Below, piece by piece: positions 37,482 to 46,844 of a stretch of DNA of 64,000 nt. Made by a program: the position numbers and the translations under genes. Origin of the DNA: Candidatus Niyogibacteria bacterium (GTDB lineage Bacteria; Patescibacteriota; Minisyncoccia; JACROR01); contig JACPLO010000001.1 of assembly GCA_016186495.1 (NCBI GenBank), positions 11,907 to 75,906 of the forward strand, written 5' to 3'. How positions within the stretch are numbered: position 1 is the stretch's first letter; every line of letters begins with the position of its first letter. The notes below the pieces were generated by a model. The model did not search any database. It was not told the origin of the DNA and saw only the letters and a program-made list of their open reading frames with translations.

Positions 37482-39097
37482 AAAATAACGTATTTTTACG
37501 TTCGGTTATTTGTGAAATTCCGCGTTTATTGGGCCAGTTAAATCGAAATCCATCTTCCCGTTCCTACGGATCTTTTGATCGGGCTTATTGGCATTATCGG
37601 ACGAATGATATAAGCTCCGCCCGTTATCAAGAGGCGGTTTTAACTTTAACGCTGCTTTATTCTTCGCCGTTTGAGGGGAATATTTATTATCAGGATAAAA
37701 ATATTTTGGAGTGGATTAACGCGGCTTTAAATTTTTCTTGCTCTATTCAAAATAAAGACGGTTCTTTTGATGAGTGGTATCCGTATGAGGGATCGTTTGT
37801 GGCCACTTCTTTTGTGGTTGCCGCCTTGGCCAAGGTTTTATCGCTTTTAGGAGAAGATAATATTCCTTCTTATAAAATCATCCGCGCGAGGCTTGAACGG
37901 GCGGCTGATTGGATTATTTGCCATGAAGAAAGTTTGGTTTTAAATCAAACCGCGGGAAGCGCTCTGGCTTTGCTGAATGTTTTTCTTTTAAACGGAGATA
38001 TTTTTTACAAGCAAGCGGCCGAAAAAAAAATTCAATTTATTCTTAAAAGTCAAACTAAAGAAGGATGGTGGAATGAATATGGCGGTCCGGACGCGGGTTA
38101 TTTGTCGCTGACGGTTGATTATCTGGTTAAATATTATCGTCAAACTGACGATCAAGATGTTTTATCAGCCGTTAAAAACGCGATATCGTTTTTTATTCAT
38201 TTTCTTCATCCTAATTTTACCGTTGGCGGAGAATATATGTCCCGCAATACCGAGTATTTGATTCCTTCCGGTTTTGCTTATTTTTCATCCTTTGACGAGA
38301 CGGCAAAAATTATCACTGCTTTCAGCGCGGCTTCGTTGGAGTTGAAGCAAGGAGTTAATCCGCAAAATCTTGATGACCGGTATCTTTGTTACATTCTTTA
38401 CAATTGGCTTGAAGCCGGCCTGATTTTTAACAATGAAAATTTTCTTAAGGAAAGCGAAGTTTATTTCCAAGAAAGGAGATTTGACGTATTTTTTAAGGAA
38501 GCAGGCATAAGGGTTATCCAAAATAAAAAATATTATTTTGTCGTTAATCTGCGAAAAGGCGGAGTTTTCAGGATATATTCAAAAGGGGCGGCTTATTTTG
38601 ATTCCGCCCTGGAAGTTGATTTTTCGGGAAAGGTTTACATTGCCAACGCACTTGATAAAAAAAATGAAATTGAATCAGGGCCGGATTTTTTGCGGGTGCG
38701 CGGCGCGTTGAAACCTGTTCAAGAACCGTTGCTGCGCGCTTTTACGATGATTGCGTTCAAGGCCTTTCAAATCACTTTAGGGAGAATGAACGTTTTTCAG
38801 AAATTGATGAAGAAATTTTTAAGAAAAAAGATGATTATTTACGAAAATTCAACTTCTTTGATTTTTGAGAGGTTATTGAAGATTTCTCATAACAATATTA
38901 AAATAAAAGATGTTCTTCATAAAGAAATATCCGGCAAGCATCTTCGTTTCGGTTTGAAATCTTCATACGCGTTTATTCCCAGCTCTAAATATTTTACGGT
39001 TCAGGAATTGGAGGCTGGTTCTCTGAAACCTTCCGAAGAAAAATGTTTTATTGAAAAAGGCAAAACTGTTGTCAGCCGGACTTTCTTTTTTGATTAA
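37466..39097 (+). CDS. Hypothetical protein with an alpha/alpha-toroid-like N-terminus
   Basis: QW-like repeats IQNKDGSF and SQTKEGWW. Confidence 0.6.
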   Translation: MPQAIKNNVFLRSVICEIPRLLGQLNRNPSSRSYGSFDRAYWHYRTNDISSARYQEAVLTLTLLYSSPFEGNIYYQDKNILEWINAALNFSCSIQNKDGSFDEWYPYEGSFVATSFVVAALAKVLSLLGEDNIPSYKIIRARLERAADWIICHEESLVLNQTAGSALALLNVFLLNGDIFYKQAAEKKIQFILKSQTKEGWWNEYGGPDAGYLSLTVDYLVKYYRQTDDQDVLSAVKNAISFFIHFLHPNFTVGGEYMSRNTEYLIPSGFAYFSSFDETAKIITAFSAASLELKQGVNPQNLDDRYLCYILYNWLEAGLIFNNENFLKESEVYFQERRFDVFFKEAGIRVIQNKKYYFVVNLRKGGVFRIYSKGAAYFDSALEVDFSGKVYIANALDKKNEIESGPDFLRVRGALKPVQEPLLRAFTMIAFKAFQITLGRMNVFQKLMKKFLRKKMIIYENSTSLIFERLLKISHNNIKIKDVLHKEISGKHLRFGLKSSYAFIPSSKYFTVQELEAGSLKPSEEKCFIEKGKTVVSRTFFFD

Positions 39098-39103
39098 AAT
39101 AAT

Positions 39104-39400
39104 ATGTTTGGTTTTGATATAAATTTTTGGCTTATCTTGGGCTTTTTTGGGCAATTCCTGTTTTTTATGAGATTTTTTGTCCAATGGATCGCTTCCGAAA
39201 AAAGAAGGGAAAGTTTTTTCCCGGTTGCTTTTTGGTATTTTAGCATCGGCGGCGGCGTTATTCTTTTAATTTACGCCGTGTCCATTAAAGATCCGGTTTT
39301 TATTTTAGGGCAGGGCGCCGGATTGTTAATTTACATCAGAAATTTAGTTTTGATTCGGAAAAAAAATATTTTAAATAAATCTCACGCTCCGCAAATATGA
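39104..39400 (+). CDS. Lipid-A-biosynthesis N-terminal (LAB_N) domain membrane protein
   Basis: GFFGQFLFFMRFFVQW.ASE...PVAFWYFS...DPVFILGQ...YIRNL. Confidence 0.85.
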   Translation: MFGFDINFWLILGFFGQFLFFMRFFVQWIASEKRRESFFPVAFWYFSIGGGVILLIYAVSIKDPVFILGQGAGLLIYIRNLVLIRKKNILNKSHAPQI

Positions 39401-41166
39401 ATTTATTAAGTTTAAAAAACATATTTAGCGCGGATTTTTTGGAGAAATACGGCCTAGTTTTTATTCTCGCGCTTTTTGTCGCGTTTGGCATAGTCGGAAT
39501 TTTTTATAATTATTCAATTTCCAATACGATTGGCGAAGAGTCTATTTTGATGGCGGCCACCTTAAAAATGATCGCCGAATTATCATTAAGGCCGAATTAT
39601 CCGACTATGTATCATATGCCGTTCGGGACATATTTTTATTTGCCGTTTTTTATTGTTTTGCTTGTTTTTTTAAGGCTTTCCGGCTTATTTGCCAGCTTAG
39701 AGGAATTGAAAGTTTTTGGAATAACAGATTATGAAAAATTATTGCCGATGGCAAGATTTATTTCAATATTTTTAGGAGTAGCCTCGGTATATATGGTTTA
39801 TAGAATTTGTGAAAAATTATTCAATAATAAATTTATTTCTCTAGTCGCTTCATTTTTGCTTGCCACCAATCTAATATTCGTGCAGATGTCCCATTTCGGC
39901 AAAGTTTGGATTATCCAGATATTTATTGTTCTGTTAACTTTTTATTTTATTGTTGCTTTATATCAAAAAGAACGGCCCGGATTTAAGGATTATTTTTATC
40001 CCGCGCTTTTGACGGCAATTTCTTTCGGCGTCCATTTTATCGGCATATTGATTTATCTGCCATTTTTAACGGCGCATTATTTGAAAAATAAAGAAAAGAA
40101 ATTTAGGGAGATTTTTATAACAAACAGGAATTTTTGGCTCTCTAATTTAGTGATCGCGATTATATTATTGTTTATTTTTTATTTAAACCCTTATGGATTT
40201 GCCAATTACGGCCTGCGATCCGTGGCGGCGGCCGCGGCTATTATTCAGGAGAGCGCCGGCGCCAGCGGCGGTTATGATTTTTGGTTAATGTTCAGCAATT
40301 ACGGAAAAGTATTGTTTGAAAACGGTCCGGCTCTGACCATAATATTTGTTTTCAGTTTAATTCCCTTATTTTTGCGAAGGAGAGATTTATTTTTTATATT
40401 CAACTCTTTTATATTCGGCTACTATATTATTATAGGCCCGATCCTCGGCCCGACAATCGGAATTAACGGCCGAGGATTTTATATCTCGCCTATTATACCG
40501 TTTATGGCTGTTGTGTCCGCTTTTGGTATTTATGTGTTTTATAAAAGTGATTTATTAGGCAAAAGGATAAATCCCGTTAGAAATATTATTTCTAACGGGA
40601 TAAAGATTTTCTTACTGGCTTTGGTTTTTCTTTTTTCCGCGTACATTCCGATTTTATGGAATTATAAGCTGATTCAGCCCAGCGCCTGGATTTTGGCTAA
40701 AGATTGGATTTATAATAATCTACCGTCGGGAGTAAGCATAATCAATCTCAATACCGAGCTTCCCATTAATGAAAATAAGGAGTCTGTGGAAGATACCAGA
40801 GTTTATACGCCGAATTTTTTTACAAAAAAACAGGATTATTTGTCGTCAGTCGGCGATAATCAATATCCCAAGCCCAATTATTACGTTTTAAAGTTCGCCG
40901 ATTATAGAGAGGGTATTCCTAAGGCCGTTTTAGATAGAGGTTTTGATTATATGGTTATAGAATGGTGGGATCAGGCGAGATATGAAAAAACTATGCAAGA
41001 TGTCCGTCAACTTAATTTAGAAGAAATAAATTTAATTAAAATATTTCCGGCTGGCGCCTCTTCCACTACCTTAAATATGGATATGGAAAATATAAAGAAT
41101 CCCCTTATTAATTTGCGAAAAATAGACCATACGGGACCGGTTATCGCTATTTATAAATTAAAATAA
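39397..41166 (+). CDS. ArnT/PMT-like GT-C membrane glycosyltransferase with an 11-aa palindrome insertion
   Basis: Multi-TM, ARFISIFLG; insertion NPVRNIISNGI. Confidence 0.78.
   Translation: MNLLSLKNIFSADFLEKYGLVFILALFVAFGIVGIFYNYSISNTIGEESILMAATLKMIAELSLRPNYPTMYHMPFGTYFYLPFFIVLLVFLRLSGLFASLEELKVFGITDYEKLLPMARFISIFLGVASVYMVYRICEKLFNNKFISLVASFLLATNLIFVQMSHFGKVWIIQIFIVLLTFYFIVALYQKERPGFKDYFYPALLTAISFGVHFIGILIYLPFLTAHYLKNKEKKFREIFITNRNFWLSNLVIAIILLFIFYLNPYGFANYGLRSVAAAAAIIQESAGASGGYDFWLMFSNYGKVLFENGPALTIIFVFSLIPLFLRRRDLFFIFNSFIFGYYIIIGPILGPTIGINGRGFYISPIIPFMAVVSAFGIYVFYKSDLLGKRINPVRNIISNGIKIFLLALVFLFSAYIPILWNYKLIQPSAWILAKDWIYNNLPSGVSIINLNTELPINENKESVEDTRVYTPNFFTKKQDYLSSVGDNQYPKPNYYVLKFADYREGIPKAVLDRGFDYMVIEWWDQARYEKTMQDVRQLNLEEINLIKIFPAGASSTTLNMDMENIKNPLINLRKIDHTGPVIAIYKLK
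40572..40600. mobile_element. Palindromic mini-element copy 7 (29 bp, minimal)
   Basis: TAAA-TCCCGTTAGAAATATTATTTCTAACGGGA-TAAA; 33 bp = 11 codons. Confidence 0.88.
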
Positions 41167-41172
41167 ATAGCC

Positions 41173-41832
41173 ATGCAAATTTTAAATGGCGCGCAATTCA
41201 AAAAAATGGATTTTTGGAAAGCAATGGCGGCCGGAGAAGGTATTGCGATTTTAGCTTTACCGGTAATTAACAACTTAAATTTTTTCGGAGCGGTTTCTGT
41301 AAAAAATAGTTTTATTTTACCGGTGTTTTTGATTGCCTGGATGATTATTTTGCCTTTTGCCGCTGCTGTCGGGCTTTATCTGGTTTATTTGCTCACCGCG
41401 CATAAATGGCCGATTGTTTTCCAAATAGGCAAATATGGCGTTATCGGCATTCTAAATACTGTTATGACGGCGGGTATTTTTAATTTTTTTATATGGATGA
41501 CCGGCAGAGCAACGGGTTTAATGGTGGATTTTTTTATTTTTATCGCTTTTGTCGTGACCGTGACCCATAGTTTTTTTTGGAATAAGTTTTGGACATTTGG
41601 CGCCAATCACAGAGACGGCGCGGAAATGGAATATGTAAAATTTTTTTCCGTTACCGGATTCACGGCATTGCTGGAGGTTGTCATAATGCATATTTTTATA
41701 AATACGATCGGCGCGCCTTCCGGCATTGATCCTAAAATTTGGGCGAATGTGGCGTTTGCTATTTTGATTCCCATGGCGTTTCTTGGAAATTTTTTCGGTT
41801 ATAAAATTTTTGTTTTTAAAAAATATCCTTAA
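41173..41832 (+). CDS. GtrA-family flippase-like protein
   Basis: QIGKYGVIGILNT, SFFWNKFWTF, NFFGYKIFVF. Confidence 0.82.
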   Translation: MQILNGAQFKKMDFWKAMAAGEGIAILALPVINNLNFFGAVSVKNSFILPVFLIAWMIILPFAAAVGLYLVYLLTAHKWPIVFQIGKYGVIGILNTVMTAGIFNFFIWMTGRATGLMVDFFIFIAFVVTVTHSFFWNKFWTFGANHRDGAEMEYVKFFSVTGFTALLEVVIMHIFINTIGAPSGIDPKIWANVAFAILIPMAFLGNFFGYKIFVFKKYP

Positions 41833-41847
41833 TTTTTACCATCGTTT

Positions 41848-42882
41848 ATGGAAAAAGAATTTAAAAAATTTTTCAAAAATAAAACTTTTTTAGTGTGCGG
41901 CGGATGTGGTTTTATGGGATCCAATTTTATTCATTATGTTGCGCGAAATTTTAACGAAGCGAAGATTATAAATCTTGATTTGTTGACCTACGCGGGAAAT
42001 AAAGACAATTTATCAGGCATCAAAAGGACGGGATATAAGTTTATCAGGGGTGATATTTGCGATGTCGCGTTGGTAAAAAAATTAATGCGCGATGCTGATT
42101 TTGTGATTAATTTTGCGGCTGAAACGCATGTTGACAGGTCGGTTCATTCCGCGGCCGATGATTTTATTCGCACGAATATTTTAGGAGTCCACTCTCTTAT
42201 AAAGGCATTGCAGTCATCAGTCGGCGTTAGTAAGATGGTGCATATTTCTACCGACGAAGTTTGGGGTGATTTGCCGCTTAAATCAAAAGCCAAATTTAAT
42301 GAAGATTCCGCGATCAGACCGAATTCTCCGTATGCCGCGTCCAAAGCCGCGGGTGATGCTTTGATCAGGGCGTATGTAAAGACACACGGATTGCCTGTCA
42401 TAGTTTCGCATTCCGTCAATAATTTCGGGCCAAGGCAGTTTCCGGAAAAACTCATTCCATTTTTTGTTTTGCGCGCGATGCGCGATAAGCCGCTGCCGTT
42501 GTACGGAGACGGAAAAAATGTCCGCGATTGGATTTACGTTGATGACCACACTACGGCAATTTTAACGATTCTTTATCGGGCGCAAGCCGGAGATATTTAT
42601 GCCATCTCCAGAGATGAGGAATGTTCCAATATAGAAATAGCCGATAAAATTCTTAAAATTTTACAAAAACCAAAAACTTTGATAACTTTTGTCAAAGACA
42701 GACCCGGGCACGACCGAAGATATTCCGTAGATTCATCAAGATTAAAGCGTCTTGGCTGGAAGCCGCGGTATTCCTTGGACAGCCAAATCGTAGAAACGAT
42801 AAAGTGGTATGAGGAAAATAAATTATGGGTCAATAATATAATCAAGAAAAGCAGTGGCATAAATACTCATCTTAGCGTATAA
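41848..42882 (+). CDS. rmlB: dTDP-glucose 4,6-dehydratase
   Basis: LTYAGN, AAETHVDRS, STDEV, DRPGHDRRY. Confidence 0.93.
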   Translation: MEKEFKKFFKNKTFLVCGGCGFMGSNFIHYVARNFNEAKIINLDLLTYAGNKDNLSGIKRTGYKFIRGDICDVALVKKLMRDADFVINFAAETHVDRSVHSAADDFIRTNILGVHSLIKALQSSVGVSKMVHISTDEVWGDLPLKSKAKFNEDSAIRPNSPYAASKAAGDALIRAYVKTHGLPVIVSHSVNNFGPRQFPEKLIPFFVLRAMRDKPLPLYGDGKNVRDWIYVDDHTTAILTILYRAQAGDIYAISRDEECSNIEIADKILKILQKPKTLITFVKDRPGHDRRYSVDSSRLKRLGWKPRYSLDSQIVETIKWYEENKLWVNNIIKKSSGINTHLSV

Positions 42883-42892
42883 TTTCAGCGTT

Positions 42893-44341
42893 ATGAAAGG
42901 AGTTATTCTTGCCGGAGGTAAGGGGACGCGACTGCATCCCTTTACTCATATTACTAATAAGCACCTTTTGCCGGTATACAATAAGCCGGTTATTTATTAT
43001 GCGGTTGAAAAACTGGCTTTAGCCGGTATTGAGCAGATTATGATCGTGACGTCTCCAGAACACGTAGATAATTTTATAAAAATTTTAGGTTCGGGTGAAA
43101 ATTTTATTTTCAAAAAAACGGCAAAACCCGTTAAGATAAATTACGGCATACAAAAAACTCCGGGCGGCATAGCCGAAGGCCTGCATATTGCCAAGGATTA
43201 TGTGGGTAAGGACGACTGCATTCTTTATCTCGGGGATAATGTTATAGAAGAAGACATAAGCGAGCATATAAAAAATTTTAAGGATGGAGCCACGGTTTTT
43301 CTGAAAGAAGTTAACGATCCGTGGCGTTTTGGCATAGCGACTGTCGCTTCGACTGGCGCGATTACCGAAATTATCGAAAAGCCGAAAAACCCTCCGACTA
43401 ATCTCGCGGTTGTTGGAATTTATATTTACGATAATTCTGTTTTTAAAAAAATGGTTGGACAGCCCAAGTCGGACAGAGGCGAGTATGAGATAACATATAT
43501 TAATAATAAATATATTGAAGAGGGAAAGCTTAAATCGGTGCTGCTTGAGAAAAAATGGTTTGATATCGGAACAATAGACAGTTTATTGGAAGCGGGGAAT
43601 TTTATACGCAGCCGCAATTTGCTTTGCGCCAAGGTAAAATCGCTTTCCATTCTTTTAACTTGTTTCAACGATAAAGGAACGGCCGCGAGCGTTATATTAG
43701 AAGCAAAAAAAATAGCTCAATCTTTGACGGACGATTTTGAAATTATAGTTGTTGACGATGGATCATCTGACGGAAGCCGTGAACTTTTTATGGGACTCGC
43801 GAAGAACATTCCAGAGCTAAAACTCGTCTTTCACGAAAGTCCCAAAGGACACGGCGCGGCTTTGAGAGACGGCTTTCGGTTCGCGGCTAAAGACATTGTT
43901 TTTTACACCGACGGCGATGGACAATACGATATTAATGAACTGTATCTTTTGGTGGAAAAACTTGACGACAATGTTGATATGGTTAATAGTTATAAAGTAA
44001 AAAAGATTGATCCTTTGCGCCGTATTGTCATCGGTTATATTTATCAGCAGGTTGCGAAATGGTTTTTTTGGCTTCCGATTAAAGACCCTGATTGCGATTT
44101 TCGTCTTATTCGCCGTAAAGTTCTTGATTCTGTTGAGTTAAAAAGCGACAGCGGAACCATTACCATAGAGCTTATTAAAAAAATTCAAAGAGCGAACTTT
44201 CGTTTAGTTGAAGTCGGGATTTCCCACTATAGCCGCACATGCGGACCGTCCCAGTTTTTTACGCCGAAACGCATTGCAAAAGCGTTTTATCGCCTTGCCG
44301 TACTCTGGTTTGACTTATTTTTAAAAAGAGGAACGATATGA
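42893..44341 (+). CDS. rmlA: Glucose-1-phosphate thymidylyltransferase fused to a GT2 domain
   Basis: GVILAGGKGTRL, KHLLPVYNKP, RGEYEIT, WFDIGT; then VDDGSSDGS and YTDGDGQYD. Confidence 0.85.
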   Translation: MKGVILAGGKGTRLHPFTHITNKHLLPVYNKPVIYYAVEKLALAGIEQIMIVTSPEHVDNFIKILGSGENFIFKKTAKPVKINYGIQKTPGGIAEGLHIAKDYVGKDDCILYLGDNVIEEDISEHIKNFKDGATVFLKEVNDPWRFGIATVASTGAITEIIEKPKNPPTNLAVVGIYIYDNSVFKKMVGQPKSDRGEYEITYINNKYIEEGKLKSVLLEKKWFDIGTIDSLLEAGNFIRSRNLLCAKVKSLSILLTCFNDKGTAASVILEAKKIAQSLTDDFEIIVVDDGSSDGSRELFMGLAKNIPELKLVFHESPKGHGAALRDGFRFAAKDIVFYTDGDGQYDINELYLLVEKLDDNVDMVNSYKVKKIDPLRRIVIGYIYQQVAKWFFWLPIKDPDCDFRLIRRKVLDSVELKSDSGTITIELIKKIQRANFRLVEVGISHYSRTCGPSQFFTPKRIAKAFYRLAVLWFDLFLKRGTI

Positions 44342-44379
44342 TTAAAAATCAGATTTTTATCTTATGTTAACTTTTGTAT

Positions 44380-45093
44380 ATGAGACACGACGAATATCAA
44401 AATATAGCCGATCAGGATGAAAAGCATTGGATGTGTTTAGGTCGGGCCGAAATAATGAACAAGGTTTTGAATAGATTTAACGCCGGCGGATCAATTTTAG
44501 ATGTGGGATGCGGGACAGGTTATATCAGCAAATTATTAAAGCAAAGAGGCGATGTTAAATGCTTAGATATAAACAATGAGGCCATAAGGATATGCCGTGA
44601 GCGGGGATTAAATATTGAAAAAGGAGGCGTTGAGAACATTCCTTATCCGGAAAACAGCTTTGATTTAGTCGTTTGCATGGATGTTTTATACCATCGGGAA
44701 GTAAAAAACGAAGAAGCGGCTTTAAAAGAATTGAAAAGGGTTTTAAGGCCGGGCGGATACTTGTTGATTTTTTTGCCTGCGCACATGTATTTATTTGGCA
44801 GTCATGACCGCGCCGAATTCACCCGCAGGCGTTATGAAAAAAATGACGTATTGGAATTATTCAAAAAAACAGGACTTGAAATGAAATATTTTACTTTCGC
44901 GAATTTCTTTTTATTTCCCGTTGTTTATTTTAGGCGGAAATTTATGGGCGAGTCCGAACAATCGGACTTTGTGGAGATGCCAAGAATTATAAATTGGTTA
45001 TTGTTGACTATTTTAAGACTGGAAGCTTGGTGGATATCAATGTTTTCTTTTCCTAACGGAGTCGCCATAGTTTGTTTGGGCAAAAAAATATGA
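44380..45093 (+). CDS. Class I SAM-dependent methyltransferase
   Basis: ILDVGCGTG, DVLYH, RVLRPGG. Confidence 0.88.
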   Translation: MRHDEYQNIADQDEKHWMCLGRAEIMNKVLNRFNAGGSILDVGCGTGYISKLLKQRGDVKCLDINNEAIRICRERGLNIEKGGVENIPYPENSFDLVVCMDVLYHREVKNEEAALKELKRVLRPGGYLLIFLPAHMYLFGSHDRAEFTRRRYEKNDVLELFKKTGLEMKYFTFANFFLFPVVYFRRKFMGESEQSDFVEMPRIINWLLLTILRLEAWWISMFSFPNGVAIVCLGKKI

Positions 45094-45806
45094 AAATCAA
45101 CAGCTTATCTATATTTTTTCCTTGTTATAATGATAAGGGCACTATTCAAGGATTGATAGAAAAATCCATTAAAACCGTTAAGGATCTTGGAATAGAAGAT
45201 TATGAAATAATCGTTGTTGACGATGGCAGCGCTGATGGTGCTCGTGAATTGCTTTTGTCTTTGCAAAATGCCATTCCGAAACTTAAAGTCGTATTTCATG
45301 AAAAAAATCGCGGATATGGCGAGGCGTTAAAAAGCGGATTTGCAGCCGCCGGCAAAGAATGGGTATTTTATACGGACGGCGACGCTCAATACGACGTTGG
45401 AGAACTGTCTTTGTTAGTTAATGCCTTGAAGGAGGAAATAGATGTGGTAAATGGATATAAAATTAAACGCCGAGATCCGCTAAACAGAATTATAATCGGA
45501 AAAATATATCAATGGGTCATTAAAATCGTTTTTTTTCTGAAAGTTCGCGATGTGGATTGCGATTTTCGTCTTATTAGAAAGTCAAAAATTGATGAAATTA
45601 GATTAACGAGCGATGGAGGAAGCGCTTGCATGGAGTTGTCAAAAAGATTACAGAACGCCGGAGCAAGATTAGCCAATGTTCCTGTTCATCATTACAAGCG
45701 CGTATACGGACAATCGCAGTTTTTTAAAGTTTCCAGGATTACCAGCACGCTTATCATGTTAATTAAGCTTTGGTGGGAGTTGGTTTTACTCGGTAAATTC
45801 AAATAA
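45090..45806 (+). CDS. GT2 DPM-synthase-like glycosyltransferase
   Basis: FFPCYND, NRGYGEAL, YTDGDAQYD. Confidence 0.88.
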   Translation: MKINSLSIFFPCYNDKGTIQGLIEKSIKTVKDLGIEDYEIIVVDDGSADGARELLLSLQNAIPKLKVVFHEKNRGYGEALKSGFAAAGKEWVFYTDGDAQYDVGELSLLVNALKEEIDVVNGYKIKRRDPLNRIIIGKIYQWVIKIVFFLKVRDVDCDFRLIRKSKIDEIRLTSDGGSACMELSKRLQNAGARLANVPVHHYKRVYGQSQFFKVSRITSTLIMLIKLWWELVLLGKFK

Positions 45807-45820
45807 AGCGTTATTGCATT

Positions 45821-46408
45821 ATGAGTTTTATTCAAAATTTAACTGCTAAGCCCGCTATCCTTGATTTTTTAAGAAAGCTTTTGGAGAACAATCATCGTGG
45901 CGAAAAACAGGTTATTTTAAATGAGCTTCCTGATAGAATTTCTAAAAAAGTGCTTGATTTGGGCTGCGGCACTGGCGCGTTTTCTCCGTTTTTTGGTCCG
46001 GATTATATCGGAATGGATATTTCAGAAAAATATATTGAATATGCGCGCCATAAATATAGCGATAGAACTTTTTTGGCGGGGGATGCGCAAACACTGGATT
46101 TTCCCGCCAGCTTTTTTGATATTATTTTCGTCAACGGAGTTTTGCATCATTTAGATGATGACACGGTGTTGAAAATAACGCGAGAAATAAATAGGGTGTT
46201 GCGGCCGGAAGGCCGAGCGCTTATTATGGAAAATATTTTGAACGAAACATTATTGTCTAAATTAATTGCTATGCTGGATTTAGGAAAATATATCCGCCCT
46301 TCCGGCGGCTATCGCCGTCTTTTGGCTGAATATTTTAATATTGCCGATACTTATCCGATAAGAATGGGAATTTGCGATTACCAGGTTTTTGTTTTAACCA
46401 AAAATTAA
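45821..46408 (+). CDS. Class I SAM-dependent methyltransferase
   Basis: VLDLGCGTG, VLHHL. Confidence 0.85.
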   Translation: MSFIQNLTAKPAILDFLRKLLENNHRGEKQVILNELPDRISKKVLDLGCGTGAFSPFFGPDYIGMDISEKYIEYARHKYSDRTFLAGDAQTLDFPASFFDIIFVNGVLHHLDDDTVLKITREINRVLRPEGRALIMENILNETLLSKLIAMLDLGKYIRPSGGYRRLLAEYFNIADTYPIRMGICDYQVFVLTKN

Positions 46409-46412
46409 TATA

Positions 46413-46844
46413 ATGGCAAAAATTAAGGTGAAAAACGCGAATTTTATCAAGTTGCCGATTTTTAGCAATTACCCGCATGGCGATTTGGGCGTTGGTGAGA
46501 TTAAGAAAAACATTCCCTTTGCGATCAAGAAATTTTATTTTATTAATCATATGTTTGATCCGAAAACCATTCGCGGCAGGCACGCCCATAAAAAATTACA
46601 GCAGGCGCTTTTTTGCATTAACGGTTCTTTTGAATTGCATTTGGATGACGGATACAAAAAGCAAAGAATTTTAATGAATGATCCGTCATCGGGCGTGTTT
46701 TTGGGAGCAAAACTTTGGCGCGTTATGAAAAAATTTTCGCGCGATTGCGTTATTTTGGTGCTTGCCGGCGATTATTATAAAAAAAACGATTACATTAGGG
46801 ATTACGAGAGTTTTTTAAGATATGTGAAAAATAAAACAAAATAA
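46413..46844 (+). CDS. FdtA/QdtA (WxcM-like) cupin dTDP-sugar 3,4-ketoisomerase
   Basis: IPFAIKK, RGRHAHK, DYIRDY. Confidence 0.82.
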   Translation: MAKIKVKNANFIKLPIFSNYPHGDLGVGEIKKNIPFAIKKFYFINHMFDPKTIRGRHAHKKLQQALFCINGSFELHLDDGYKKQRILMNDPSSGVFLGAKLWRVMKKFSRDCVILVLAGDYYKKNDYIRDYESFLRYVKNKTK

